Source: an uncultured archaeon (GTDB taxonomy: Archaea > Asgardarchaeota > Thorarchaeia > Thorarchaeales > Thorarchaeaceae). From it: DNA of 36,135 nucleotides. The stretch is from contig CAZPWM010000028.1 of assembly GCA_964590575.1 (NCBI GenBank), positions 1 through 36,135 on the forward strand, given 5' to 3'. Positions 34,699 through 36,135 of this stretch are shown in pieces; position 1 is the first letter of the stretch; each line of letters opens with the position of its first letter. The translations under genes were made by a program, and so were the position numbers. The notes beneath the pieces were generated by a model, which was given only the letters and a program-made list of their open reading frames with translations, was not told the origin of the DNA and did not search any database.

Positions 34699-36135
34699 TC
34701 AATCCTCATCAGCAAAGATGAATGGAGCGACCCAGTTTGCAAAGACAAACGAGCTGCCAATTGCCCAAATGCTAGCTAGATTCACATGCCATGTGATGAA
34801 GGGTAATGTGCTAATACCAAGAATGAGGAATGCAGCAGCTACAACTCCGATGAATACCAGGTCAAGAATAATTACAGGCCTAATTGGATGACCATCCTTT
34901 CTCCGGTATATTGGAATGAACATTGCGATTCCAAAGAGCAATAGAATACTCACAATCTCCTCAATTCTGAATGAGGCAAATCCAAATACTCTTTCAATCT
35001 CAGTTGTTTCACCCTCAGGTGTTAGCATTACGACTCGAACCACGTGTTCCGCTTTACTATAGTTCCCTACATCGATGTAGAATGTGAAGGTTCCTCCACT
35101 CACATCTACTGTAAGATTCGAATACCCTGCGACTAGATCATCATCAACATAGATTGAAACTTCTAGAGTAGTCCAATCCGTCTCAACATCGATAACGAAC
35201 GCAGCAAGACCAATTACAACATCTGCGGTAGTCGCAAATCTGAGTACCGGCGGTCCTAAATTATTAATGATTAGGATTATCGTGAAAGAGTATCTGTGAC
35301 CATAGATGTCATACGCCTTGAAGGTCACATTGTGTTCGCCTTCTGAAAAGACTGTTGTATTAAACCTGATTACATTCGCTCCTTCATAAACAGTGATGTT
35401 GTTCACATCAGCTGCGAGAACTTCGTCAACGTATAACGAAAGGGTGGCATTATCATAGGGGGTTGCAATCCTCACGGGGATATCAATAACCCCTGAAATT
35501 TCATTATAGTTAGCATATCCCGAAACGAAAAGCCTAACATAATCCAAAAATACAAGCTCTCTGTTTATAGTGAAGGATTCGCCTTCCGCAGTGTAAACAA
35601 TAATACTTACAATATGATTGCCGTTCTCATACCTGCTTGAGTTCAGTGAATAGTTGCCATCACCAATAGGAACAAGTGTTGCATTGAACTCTGGAACGAG
35701 ATTGCCATCGACTGTTATGTTAAGATAGACTTGACTATAGGTTGACGTAATATTAAGCCAAAGATCGGCAACCCCCGTGATAGTGGCAAGTTCAACAGGT
35801 GAAATCAGTACAACATTCGGAACGCCATGATTATTTACAACAAATTCCACGAAGTAGGTGGCAATCGCATTTTCACCAGTTACATTGTATTCGAAAACAA
35901 GTGTAAAGTTCAGCAGACCCTCAGGTAGGCCTGTTGTATTCACCTGAATTGTTTGCTCTCTGATGCCAATCAATGTTTTATTGAAATCGGATTGAATCAC
36001 GCCTTCAATATAGAGCGTTAGATTCAATGGGTCATATTCTGAACCAATTAAAAGAGTGAGATTGAACACACCCGACACATCTGCACCATAAGCAGGTGCC
36101 TGATGGTCTATAGTGATTGGTTCACCATCATTGTC
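34699..36135 (-). CDS. Surface glycoprotein with tandem Ig-like repeats and a C-terminal three-TM anchor; 5'-truncated by the window edge
   Basis: The frame is open to the window end (DNDGEPITIDHQAP...). Four beta-rich repeats of about 95 aa (IYVD/ITVDG ... NTT..EG.H.V), many N-x-S/T sequons, and three hydrophobic segments at the C-terminus. Confidence 0.85.
   Translation of the reverse strand, partial: DNDGEPITIDHQAPAYGADVSGVFNLTLLIGSEYDPLNLTLYIEGVIQSDFNKTLIGIREQTIQVNTTGLPEGLLNFTLVFEYNVTGENAIATYFVEFVVNNHGVPNVVLISPVELATITGVADLWLNITSTYSQVYLNITVDGNLVPEFNATLVPIGDGNYSLNSSRYENGNHIVSIIVYTAEGESFTINRELVFLDYVRLFVSGYANYNEISGVIDIPVRIATPYDNATLSLYVDEVLAADVNNITVYEGANVIRFNTTVFSEGEHNVTFKAYDIYGHRYSFTIILIINNLGPPVLRFATTADVVIGLAAFVIDVETDWTTLEVSIYVDDDLVAGYSNLTVDVSGGTFTFYIDVGNYSKAEHVVRVVMLTPEGETTEIERVFGFASFRIEEIVSILLLFGIAMFIPIYRRKDGHPIRPVIILDLVFIGVVAAAFLILGISTLPFITWHVNLASIWAIGSSFVFANWVAPFIFADED

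Noticed and set aside
26690-34891. Short antisense ORFs over the gelsolin, membrane protein, thi and GNAT genes, including the Gly-rich 27167..27421
   Set aside because: They mirror Pro-rich or ordinary coding sequence on the opposite strand.

Overview
Archaeal chromosomal window, most likely from an Asgard archaeon (probably Thorarchaeia). This is inferred from gene content: an Hsp20-cdc48 pair, a gelsolin-domain/Roadblock/longin-like cluster, and a ThiR-type regulator next to thiBPQ. The dominant feature is a 14.7-kb minus-strand ORF (4897 aa) for a giant, acidic, probably Ca2+-binding surface protein with an unusual predicted topology: signal peptide, ectodomain A (CD-clan-like domain, amphipathic helical array, beta-rich region, about 26 DxDxD repeats, Ig-like domain), TM helix, Lys/Ser-rich loop, TM helix, ectodomain B (nested FG-GAP/PQQ-like propellers with discoidin-like and Asp-box inserts), TM helix. 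It is preceded by a structured leader and a palindrome. Several eukaryotic-signature-like genes lie on either side: SNAP-like TPR + Ig, V4R-like, a possible second divergent gelsolin-fold protein, and polyproline-tailed membrane proteins. The window also holds a GbsR/MarR regulator with tandem operators and an FAD oxidoreductase, an aminotransferase, a GNAT, a probable pseudogene and a partial Ig-repeat surface protein. I saw no rRNA, tRNA, CRISPR array or mobile element. All family calls come from reading motifs by eye; no searches were run.
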